A stretch of 64,000 nt of DNA from positions 26,385 through 90,384 of the forward strand of contig CAWIMH010000024.1 in assembly GCA_963837035.1 (NCBI GenBank). Direction: 5' to 3'. The notes beneath the pieces were generated by a model that did no database searches, had not been told where the DNA came from, and was given only the letters and a program-made list of their open reading frames with translations. Position numbers and translations under genes: made by a program. This document shows positions 21,095-30,365 of the stretch, in pieces. Source of the stretch: an uncultured Pseudomonadota bacterium. GTDB lineage: Bacteria; Desulfobacterota; Binatia; Binatales; Binataceae. Each line of letters begins with the position of its first letter. Position 1 is the first letter of the stretch.

Positions 21095-21285
21095 GATCGA
21101 GCCATGGCTCCAGAGACGCGATCTTGCGACCGTAATGCCCGGTCGGCCGTGTCCTGACGTTCGGCGGGCCGCGGCCGACTAGGCCGATGAGACAATGAGC
21201 CCGATTTGGTTGCCGAGCTGGGCGATCTCGCGACTGTTGGCATGGTGATCGGCGGCAACCAGCGTTGTCAGAAAGGGAAGTGACC

Positions 21286-22466
21286 ATGCCAAGGGTAGTT
21301 CACAGTTTCGCGGCGATCAAGAGGGTGATGAATCGATTCCCGAATCGAAGAAGGCTCCCGATGGAAATCAGCATCGGGGCATTGGATGCCAGCGTTGGCC
21401 AAGCGGTTGACACCGGGACAGTGAGCACGCTGGACATCGATGCGAGCGGAAGGGTGTGGTTCCCAAGCAATGCGGCAGGACAGACCGGCGCAGCGTACTT
21501 CGACCCGACCAGCCAGAGTTTCAACGGGCCGTTCAACTCGACGGGGCTGGTGCATCCGCAGCAGGTTGTAATCGATGCGAATGGCTATGCCTGGTATAAC
21601 GACAGCGCGGCGGCGACAGTGGCGGGATACCTGACCTCGGCACCGACGACGACGCAGACTGTGTCCCTGGCGAATACGGTGAGCAAGAGCTTGACGGTGG
21701 GAGGCGACAACCGCATCAATGTGGGCATTACGACTACGAGCTCATCGGCGGAGCTACTGGCGAATATTTCGGCGGACCGCAGCAGCTACACGGTCGCTCC
21801 CGGAATCACGTTCCCGTATCCCGGTGGGGTCGATGGCAGGTGACACGCTCAACGGCGACGCAGTTCACGATCACGGACTTGCCGAGGACAGCGATGCAGG
21901 GCTACTACGTCTCCGCTGTACCTGCATGACAACGGAAATCGTCGGCGCGAACGATGAGAGCGGCCAGGTGATCTTTACCGGCAACGACTACGTGGCGGTG
22001 CGCTCCTATTCGGGCGCTGGCAATGACAATGACGGCCTGTGCATCTACTCGCTGGCGAAGTGCTACAACTTCGCGGGCGCGCGAAAAATGCCGGCCGAGG
22101 GGGTGGCGATCTCCGGCGGCAAGCACCTCTGGGTGGCGGAGAGTGCGACGGGGGTATTCTGCACGTTCCGGTAAACAATCCGAGCCGGAGGGCGCGAGCA
22201 TATATCTGAACATCACCCTGAACGACGTACCGGCGACCGAATACCTGCATGGGCGCCGGGAACGGCGGGACTGCCACAATGCCTACGGCGTCGGCGTGGA
22301 TGCGACGGGAAACGTCTGGATGACAATGCGGGCTGCACACGTCACAGGCTGCACGCCCGGCACCTTTACGTTGACGGAGATTATCGGCGCGGCGGCGCCG
22401 ACAATTACGCCGGTTTCGGCGCAGATTACCAACGGAAACCTGGTGGGCACGCCACCGACGAACTAG
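21286..22466 (+). CDS. beta-propeller-like (NHL/Vgb-like) protein, copy B; frameshifts near 21840 and 22170
   Basis: VWFPSNAAGQTGAAYFDP, IDANGYAWYND, GKHLWVAE, GNVWMT and C-terminal LTEIIGAAAPTITPVSAQITNGNLVGTPPTN. ATG at 21286 is preceded by AAGGGAAG. Confidence 0.6.
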
Positions 22467-22484
22467 TCTCGAAAGACTGACACC

Positions 22485-22512
22485 AAAAGCCCGTGTTTCG
22501 GTACGGGCTTTT
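22485..22512. terminator. hairpin between convergent beta-propeller and IHF-like genes (copy B)
   Basis: AAAAGCCCGT-GTTTCGGT-ACGGGCTTTT, a perfect 10-bp stem with A/T runs on both sides. Confidence 0.6.
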
Positions 22513-22687
22513 CGATCGCGAGGTGAGGCGCGGGAGCGCCGGGCTGCATCTCACCTTCGAGAACCAGGGGCGGCACAGCGAATTTTTTCATCAGGTGAGC
22601 CATGCTGGTGGGTGAAAACGTCTAAGTGGCTTAGACTAAAGGGCAATGTACCGCTAGCGCGAGATCTCTGGCCCCGGGAGAACCCTC

Positions 22688-23032
22688 ATGACGAAAGCTG
22701 ATCTAGTTGACCAGGTCACCGCACTCGGCGATCTCACTCGCCGTGACGGTGAGGTCATTGTCGATACGCTGTTCGAGTCCATCATCAGCGCATTGAAAGC
22801 CAACGATAAGGTGGAGGTCCGCGGCTTTGGGAGCTTCCGCACGCGACAGCGCAATTCGCGCACCGGACGAAATCCGAAGACCGGAGCGGCAGTTGCGGTT
22901 CCGGCGAAACGGGTTCCCTTCTTCAAGCCGAGCAAGGAGTTGCGGGACCTGGTGAATCCGGGCGAAGCAGAGGCCCGGACGAACAAGGGAGATGACGGCG
23001 AGGTCGATCCGCATCATCCGCCACCGATGTAA
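22688..23032 (+). CDS. integration host factor beta-like (HU/IHF family) DNA-binding protein, copy B, intact
   Basis: 114 aa with [46 protein letters not shown] (IHF-type arm) and an acidic, Pro-rich C-terminal tail. Confidence 0.85.
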   Translation: MTKADLVDQVTALGDLTRRDGEVIVDTLFESIISALKANDKVEVRGFGSFRTRQRNSRTGRNPKTGAAVAVPAKRVPFFKPSKELRDLVNPGEAEARTNKGDDGEVDPHHPPPM

Positions 23033-23059
23033 TTCCGGATAACGTACACTCGGCTCAAC

Positions 23060-23865
23060 ATGAATGCGATTGCGGTGCACGACCTCAGCCGAAGCTTCAA
23101 TGGCTTCACGGCTGTTGATCACATTGACCTCGCTGTCGAGCCGGGCCAGTTCTTCGGTTTTCTGGGACCGAACGGAGCTGGGAAATCTACGACCATCAAG
23201 ATGATGACAGGCCTGCTGGCGCCCACGACGGGACGATTCAGATCCTCGGCGAGGACCTGTTTCGCAATCCGCTGGAGGTGAAGCGGAACATCGGCGTGGT
23301 GCCGGAGGGCATGGCGCTGTTGGGTAAGCTGACGGCGCGCGAGTACCTGGAGTTTGTCGGCCGCATGTACGGGCTCGACCGGCGCACGTCGCAGGAACGC
23401 ACAGCAGAGTTGCTGGAGTTCATGAATCTCGCCAATGAGCCGAAGAAGCTGATCGCGGACTTCTCGCATGGAATGGGAAAGAAGCTGGCGTTGGCAGCAG
23501 CGGTGATCCATGGGCCGAAGGTGCTGTTTCTCGACGAGCCGTTCGAGGGCGTGGATGCGGTGGCGGCGGGCACGTTGAAATCGATGCTGCAGGGCATGAT
23601 TGCGCGCGGCGCAACGATCTTTCTGACGTCGCATGTGCTGGAGATTGTGGAGCGGCTGTGCTCGCACATTGCAATCATCGACCACGGGAGAATTGTGGCG
23701 CATGGGTCATTGGAAGAATTGCGCGCGGGTGTGCAGGCGAAGCTCTCTACCGAGGCGCATGAGGCGGGATCGCGGCTGACGCTGGAACAGATCTTTCTGA
23801 GCGTGGTGGGCAAGGACAGCAGTGAGACTGCAGTGCGCGAAGGTGAGCTGGCGTGGCTGAGTTAG
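23060..23865 (+). CDS. ABC transporter ATP-binding protein, copy B; single -1 frameshift at ~23230
   Basis: Walker [10 protein letters not shown], signature-like [12 protein letters not shown], Walker [13 protein letters not shown] and H-loop IFLTSHV. The frame changes between ...LLAPTTG and [10 protein letters not shown]. Confidence 0.8.
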
Positions 23866-23920
23866 CACAACAGCATGGACGGCCGCGCAGACGCGTGCGC
23901 AGTTTGGCGCGATCACGCGA

Positions 23921-25551
23921 TTGCGCTGGCAGATGTACCTGAACGGCTTCCGGCGCAAGGGCGGAAAGAGCGACCTGGCGGCGACGCTGTCCGTGGCTCC
24001 GTTTGCATTGATGATCGTCGGAGGCCTGTGTTTCGGGGCGGGCGCGACCGCGTTGTGGGCAGCGGTCTCGGGACACATCGACCGAGTGAGCTGGGTGCTG
24101 TGGGGCATCTTCCTGCTGAGCCAGCTGGCGAACCTGAACCTTGGGCAGCCCGGGACGACGTTTGATCCGAGGCAGCTCATCCGCTTCCCGATGGGCGTGT
24201 GGAGCTACACGGTGGTGCGGCTATTCTTCGGAATTCTCGCGCCGGGAAACCTGATTGTGACGCTGATGTCGCTGGCCGCGGCAGCCGGCGTGACCATCGC
24301 GAGGCCGTCGCTTGCAGGCTGGGCGTTCGCAGCGATGGCGGTGTTCGCCGTGGTGAATGTGCTGTTCACGCGAATGATCTTCGCGTGGGTGGACCGCTGG
24401 CTTTCGACACGCCGGGCGCGTGAGGCTTTCACGGCACTGATCTTTCTGTTCTCGATTGCCGCGCAGGGATTGAACTTCGCGTACAACCCGGCCTATCACA
24501 ACCGCCAGTGGACCTGCGGAAGATCAGGGAGTGCAGAGCACGTTGACCAAGGTTGAGCGGTATGTGAGTGCCTTGCCGCCGGAGCTGGCGGGAAGATCGA
24601 TTGCGGCGGCCGCTCAGGGCAACGTGACCGCGTTCGCGGTGAAGAATCTGGCTTCGGCTGCGTGGGGATGTGTGTTTCTGTTTGTGTTCTCGCGGCGAAT
24701 GGGAACGGAGTATCGCGGAGAGAACCTGAGCGATCCGGCGAATGTGGTGCGCGCGGCGAAGGCGCCGAAACAGGTGGTAACGCATACGACGCCAGTTGCG
24801 GCGTTCGTCGAGGCGTCGGCGCGACCGGCGGATGTGACGCGTGTGGTTGAGCCAAGGAGCTGCTGTATCTGCGGCGCAATACGGGGCTGTTCTACGGGCT
24901 GATCATGCCGCTGCTGATGGTGCTGATCTTCGCGGGCCGCTGGTCGACGCGGTGGAGTCCGCATGGGTCGACGGTCGTTCTGGCGGCGCTGGCTTATGGG
25001 CTGATCGGCGTGTTCCCGATGGGTTTCAACTCGTTTGGACTGGATGGCACAGGCGCGCAGACGTACTTCTTCACACCGGTGCGGTTGCGTGAAGTGCTGA
25101 TGGGTAAGAATGTGCTTTGCGCAGGGCTGGCGATTGCAGAGACGTTTGCGATCCTGGCGGTGCTGTCGTATTCGGCGAAGGCTCCGTCGCCGCTGGTGAT
25201 TCTGGATGGTGTGCTGTGGATGGTGACGACGTTGCTCGTGGAATTGACGGTGGGCAACTACATGTCGATCCGGTCACCACGGCTGGATCGATCCGGGACG
25301 GACGGCGCAGAAGCAGGCACGGCCAGCGAGTGCGTTCCTCAGCATGGGGATCGTGCTGGCTTCAGGGTTGGTGGGTGCGCTGGTGACGTACCTGGCGGGG
25401 CTGGGAAGCCTGGATTGGATTGTGCCCTTCGTGTTTGCGTGTACGGCCGTTGCAGCGGCGTGGGTCTACCTCGAGAACCTGAACAAGTTGGACGCGTACG
25501 GATGGCTGCATCGCGACGCGCTGTTCGAGGAGTTGCAGCGGAAGGCCTTAG
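23921..25551 (+). CDS. ABC-2-type transporter permease, copy B; frameshifts near 24500, 24850 and 25280
   Basis: Hydrophobic ORFs 23921-24556, 24531-24902, 24905-25597 and 25344-25574. A 1-nt insertion just before the expected TAG (25549-25551) causes short read-through. Confidence 0.6.
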
Positions 25552-26510
25552 CTACTCGTTTGCGACGCCGATGACACTGAGCATGCGGCCGGTGTAGCCG
25601 TGCTCGTCGCGATGGCTGAAGTAACGGCGCTGGCCGTTGGGAAGACGCGTACAGGCGGTGCACTCACCGACGATGGAGATCTTCGAAGCGCTGAAGACCG
25701 GCGTCGAGGAGCTGACGGCGGTTGGCTTCGATGAGATCGAGATGGGTCTGCGGGCCGATGTTGGAGTGGCCGGGCGCGCGCGCGGTTAGGAAGAGCAGCG
25801 GATATTTGTCCTTAACAGGATCCGGAATCGTAGACCTCGGAGAAGAGCGAGGGAGCGTAGGCGAACTGGCTCTCAAAGTCGAAGCGCACCTCTTCGCCGA
25901 CGGAGTAGCAGCAGGCGCCGATGCCGGGGCCGATGGCGGCGATGAGGTCTTTGGGGCGCGAGCCGAACTGCAGACGCATGGTGCCGATGCCGCGCTCGAC
26001 GATGGCGGGCGAGTGGGGTGCCGCGCTTCAGCGGGCGCGCGTGGGGAAGCGGCTGCTGGACGATCACGTGGGGGCGGGTGTCGCCCGGGCGACGAGGACC
26101 CGGTACGCAGTCGGCGGTGAGGATGCTGTCGAGCAGGACGTCCCGGCGTTGAGGGTGATGAGGGGGCGTCGCCGCGCAGGATAGGGCGGCCTCCGGGGGT
26201 GACAAGCGGGGCCGGCGTCAAGGACCGACGATACGGATGAGAGGGCTGTGGAACTGGCGGACGGCGACGTGGTTCCCTCGGGCCTTGATTCCGACTGTGG
26301 GTGCCAGCTGACGGGCCTCGAGGAAGCTGCTCTGCGGTTGGTGGCGACGGTTTCGGCCGGGCTCCGTTGACGTTCCAGCCGATGTGTTGAGGTCGGCGGG
26401 GTTGCTCGAAGGCGGTGGTGGCGCCTACCCCTCCACGGGTTGCTGATAACCTGCGCGAAGCCTGGAGAGGCATCCCAGCCGGCGGGGGCGGATGATGCCG
26501 GGGGGCGCGG
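25552..26510 (-). pseudogene. pgeF: PgeF (YfiH/DUF152), copy B, heavily frameshifted in its N-terminal two-thirds
   Basis: The C-terminal third (DPVKDKYPLLFLTARAPGHSNIGPQTHLDLIEANRRQLLDAG) matches copy A. The upstream part carries many 1-nt insertions, often in C/G/A runs. Confidence 0.65.
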
Positions 26511-26712
26511 CGGGGCTTCTTTTGTTGAGCGACGGGGACTTACGGTCGACGTGCGACGGACATGGACGTCGCTCGCCGGCGGCTCCTAAATCTCCAGCAC
26601 GCGTTGCCCGGCGGCCGTGTTCGAGGGCCAATGCTGGCGAAGACAGGGGCGTCGACCGCGGCGATCGCCTCAGGGCTTTCGCGCCAGTCTCGCCGCCGAC
26701 CATCCGGGATGG

Positions 26713-27264
26713 ATGGATCGAGACAATCCACTCGACGATTTCATACGCCTGGTTATAGAGGACGGTGTTGCCGCGGAGGTCCGCGCGTCGGGCGCGCGAT
26801 CTACGACGGTCTATCCATTTGTGAATGGGGAGCCGACGCTCAACTTCATGGAAGCGGCGAAGCTCGCAGGTCTTGTCGGCCCCAGCATTATCGGGATAGC
26901 GCTGCATCCGGTTTACGGACCGTGGCTGGCGTTTCGCGCCGCGCTCCTGACCGACGTCGAACTCGAGGCCCCGGGTCCGGCGCTCGCCTTCGATCCATGC
27001 CCGTCGTGCGTTTCGCGAAGCTGCATCAATGCCTGTCCGGCCGGCGCGGTAGCGTTTCCAGCGGGATGGGACATCCCGCGATGCCTGACACACCGGGTCG
27101 AGGTTGAAGCGGATTGCGCAGCGCGATGCCATGCGCGCGTCGGATGCGTGGTTGGCCCTCAGCACCGCTATCCCGACGACGAACTCGCTTATCATCAGCG
27201 GCGCGCCCTGCGTGCGATGCGCCCATACTACGACGCAAACCTCCGCCCGAAGCGGTCAGGCTGA
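26713..27264 (+). CDS. 4Fe-4S cluster-binding protein (QueG / reductive-dehalogenase-like ferredoxin domain?)
   Basis: CPSCVSRSCINACPAGA plus CLTHRVEVEADCAARCHARVGC cysteine clusters. Start placed at MDRDNPLDDF, 24 nt outside the palindrome. Confidence 0.4.
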   Translation: MDRDNPLDDFIRLVIEDGVAAEVRASGARSTTVYPFVNGEPTLNFMEAAKLAGLVGPSIIGIALHPVYGPWLAFRAALLTDVELEAPGPALAFDPCPSCVSRSCINACPAGAVAFPAGWDIPRCLTHRVEVEADCAARCHARVGCVVGPQHRYPDDELAYHQRRALRAMRPYYDANLRPKRSG

Positions 27265-27292
27265 CGCGTCTCCCGTTGCCGCGGCCCGCGCC

Positions 27293-28270
<978 letters not shown>

Positions 28271-28400
28271 TAGGGTTCACCCCTCAGCGTGCACTTGCAC
28301 CGGATTATATTATGCGCAACCGCTACCCGAACAGCACTCCGCGCCGGCCTGGTAGTGTCCTAATTTGAATTTGCCAGAATCAAGCGCGGGCGCATGATGG

Positions 28401-28640
28401 ATGCCTAAGCGCTCAAGAACAGGCAAGCCTGACGTAAATCAGATGGCCGCTAACCTGATTGACGCTATCAGCGGCGACTTGCCAGAAGAACAACCAGACA
28501 AAAACAAGAACCCCGCTGCGGTGGCACTCGGCAAGCTTGGCGGACTAAAGGGCGGGAAAAGTCGCGCGGCGAAGCTTTCCCCGCGTCGCCGCCGAGCAAT
28601 CGCGAGGAAAGCAGCGCTTAGTCGTTGGTCGAAGAGCTAG
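28401..28640 (+). CDS. small basic protein (KGG / RRRxIARKAA motif)
   Basis: 79 aa: ...NPAAVALGKLGGLKGGKSRAAKLSPRRRRAIARKAALSRWSK. This is a common small-protein motif of unknown role. It lies at the edge of the low-GC islet. Confidence 0.4.
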   Translation: MPKRSRTGKPDVNQMAANLIDAISGDLPEEQPDKNKNPAAVALGKLGGLKGGKSRAAKLSPRRRRAIARKAALSRWSKS

Positions 28641-29196
28641 CGAATACTAGCTGACCTCTAACTTGGCTACGGCCGAATGTATTAATGTCAGTTACCATAC
28701 CGGTCCAAGCTCCTAAATTGCCTAGACCGAACATATCCCCAACGCAAGATCCCGCACCGATAGTTTGACACCCTCGATTCTCGGTGGCGGCGTAGGAACA
28801 CGCCACATTTAATTGTGAAGGCATCGATCCCGAAACAACCGTCCCAGATGTGCCACCCGCTATCAGCGATAAACAGTTCGACGTGGGAAAAGCTAAGGAT
28901 GATCCAGAGTTGAAAATTACCGTCGAGGAGGTGTTCGTTTGAACCTCATTGGTAGACTGTACAAATAAGGCTCCGCGAATAATCTCTGAAACCGTGACAT
29001 GTTGGTTAATTGCTCTTTCTCGAAGAGCCTCTAGCTCATCGACCGTCAACCGTAGAGAGAACACGACGCTCCCAGTTCCTTGCACAACTGTTAAATTTGA
29101 TGGTCCGCCGCTCCAATCTATTGAAGCACCTCGCCGCCGTACTAGTTCGTCGGCTAAAGCGTCATCGCTTAGACGTTGTGATTGTCGTTTTCGCAT
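28618..29196 (-). CDS. ribbon-helix-helix (BrnA/CopG-like) antitoxin candidate with ~110-aa Ser/Thr/Gly/Cys-rich C-terminal extension
   Basis: The RHH-like segment VVFSLRLTVDELEALRERAINQHVTVSEIIRGAL fits a beta-strand followed by two helices. Its start codon overlaps the stop of the upstream toxin-like ORF (ATGA). Confidence 0.45.
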   Translation of the reverse strand: MRKRQSQRLSDDALADELVRRRGASIDWSGGPSNLTVVQGTGSVVFSLRLTVDELEALRERAINQHVTVSEIIRGALFVQSTNEVQTNTSSTVIFNSGSSLAFPTSNCLSLIAGGTSGTVVSGSMPSQLNVACSYAATENRGCQTIGAGSCVGDMFGLGNLGAWTGMVTDINTFGRSQVRGQLVFASSSTND

Positions 29197-29555
29197 TATT
29201 CTCTATGGTCTCTAGATTTCAACGGCTTGCCTAGCCATTTGAGATAGAGCGCGACCTCTTGTTGATTGCTCTCATACCCCGTGACAATTCGCCAGACCTC
29301 TGCCTCTTCTGTATCCCTTATTGCTATAGTCCAGAAACGTCCATCCTCCGATCGTCCGATCAGCAGATCAGATGCCGTCCCATCTATTCGGTTTGGGAAA
29401 GGAATCGGTGCATCATCGAGCACTTGATTGGCGAGTCTTGGGCTAAACCCGTGAAGCATGGCACATTTTTCGATCGTTTCATCGCGCCACCGGAAGGATT
29501 TTATTCGCCCTAGGTCTCGTGGACGTGCCCCCTTTCTGCTTCGACGCCTCCCCAT
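29196..29555 (-). CDS. BrnT/DUF497-like toxin candidate
   Basis: FRWRDETIEKCAMLHGFSP...VLDD...LLIGRSEDGRFWTIAIRD...VWRIVTGYESNQQEVALY follows the BrnT pattern (F-W...HG...LIGxxxxGR...RIISAR...E..Y). It lies upstream of and overlaps an RHH gene. Confidence 0.45.
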   Translation of the reverse strand: MGRRRSRKGARPRDLGRIKSFRWRDETIEKCAMLHGFSPRLANQVLDDAPIPFPNRIDGTASDLLIGRSEDGRFWTIAIRDTEEAEVWRIVTGYESNQQEVALYLKWLGKPLKSRDHRE

Positions 29556-29591
29556 TGTATGACGATGGCGTAATGCGGTACAACTGAGATC

Positions 29592-30000
29592 GTGAAAGTC
29601 GAATTCTTAATGCTTGCTGATGCCGCGGAGGCGCTGGGAGGTAAAGTTTTCCTGCTTGGCGGCGGATGGGACACTTATAGAGCGCCCATATATCCGGCTG
29701 TTAATCGCATGGCAATCGTGGTCGGGATTATGTTTGATTCTGGGGAATCGGGCCAAAGCTACAAGGGTCGGCTCACAATTTCTGAAGTGAATGGGCATGA
29801 TCTGAATCCCCCCCGCTGAATTTGAGGCCCGCCCTACATTTGCGGAGGATCTTCCCCAAGACGCTCATGCGAAAACATTGCTTGCGATGAATTTAGTTCT
29901 CCAGATCCCCGGGCCTGGTTCCTACAAAGTCAAAATAAACATCGGAGAAGTAGAACGGGAAACCCAGTTTTATGCAGTTCTAGCTAAGACGGCCGTATGA
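29592..30000 (+). CDS. hypothetical protein, interrupted at a C7 homopolymer (29808-29814)
   Basis: ORF 29592-29819 continues in the +1 frame from 29815 as AEFEARPTFAEDLPQDAHAKTLLAMNLVLQIPGPGSYKVKINIGEVERETQFYAVLAKTAV*. Removing one C joins the two parts. Confidence 0.4.
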
Positions 30001-30071
30001 GGATTAGAGCACCTAAAGCACGTTAAAAGCAAACCGCCCAACGTTGCAGCGTTGAGCGGCTTAGATAGCGC

Positions 30072-30148
30072 GGTGGTTTAGCTCAGCATGGTAGAGCAGT
30101 CGGCTGTTAACCGATTGGTCGGGGGTTCAAAGCCCCCAACCACCGCCA
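30072..30148 (+). tRNA. tRNA-Asn (GTT), CCA encoded
   Basis: Hand-folded cloverleaf: acceptor GGTGGTT/AACCACC, D arm GCTC..GAGC, anticodon arm GTCGG-CTGTTAA-CCGAT, T arm GGGGG-TTCAAAG-CCCCC, discriminator G, CCA. Confidence 0.85.
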
Positions 30149-30365
30149 AACCTTTGCGCCTCTCATTTTGTAGCACAGGTGGAGCTTGGTATTCTAGCCA
30201 TCTGTCCAGCATATCTGCTTGACAATGCCTATGCGCTCAAGTGTCGCTTTTGACCCGGGTCCTTGTCCGGGAACACCTCCCGTCAAGTTTCGGCGGAATC
30301 GATTTTTCGCCGATGGTTATTGTCGCCGTCATCTGGTTCCTTCAGATCTGGCTGCTTCCTACTTT

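Larger units (their letters stand above)
21095..26689. repeat. right arm of ~11.2-kb imperfect palindrome
   Basis: Inverted copy of 15506-21044, about 56 nt longer, mainly through 1-nt insertions. Homology ends at ...GCGCCAGTC (26689). Confidence 0.9.

Noticed and set aside
21041-21098. Fold-back artefact from a missed hairpin adapter. The 50-nt spacer shares ordered blocks (ATCT .. TCAAC .. AAC .. AAC .. GAGG .. GGAAAA .. AGAT) with the PacBio SMRTbell adapter as I remember it (ATCTCTCTCAACAACAACAACGGAGGAGGAGGAAAAGAGAGAGAT). A hand alignment matches about 27 of 38 core positions.
   Set aside because: Rejected as the sole explanation. A read passing through a hairpin re-reads the same molecule, so the arms should differ only by random error and should share flanks. 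Here the arms show codon-respecting, mostly synonymous substitutions and an in-frame 3-nt indel, and the outer flanks are unrelated. The adapter is low-complexity, so ~65% identity in a gapped hand alignment is weak. A formal adapter screen is still worth running.
20854-21287. ORFs 20854-21096 (+) and 20952-21287 (-) spanning the palindrome centre.
   Set aside because: They are mirror-image reading frames created by the inverted repeat itself (both begin MVTSLSDN...). They are Arg/Ser/Pro-rich, have no RBS, and overlap the promoter regions of the two beta-propeller genes.
15506-26689. Diversity-generating retroelement or other targeted hypermutation as the cause of the differences between arms.
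   Set aside because: The substitutions are not adenine-specific and are spread over several genes and intergenic DNA. No reverse transcriptase is present in the window.
15506-26689. IS-, transposon- or phage-mediated duplication.
   Set aside because: There is no transposase, integrase or recombinase ORF. I found no terminal inverted repeats at the outer boundaries and no target-site duplication.
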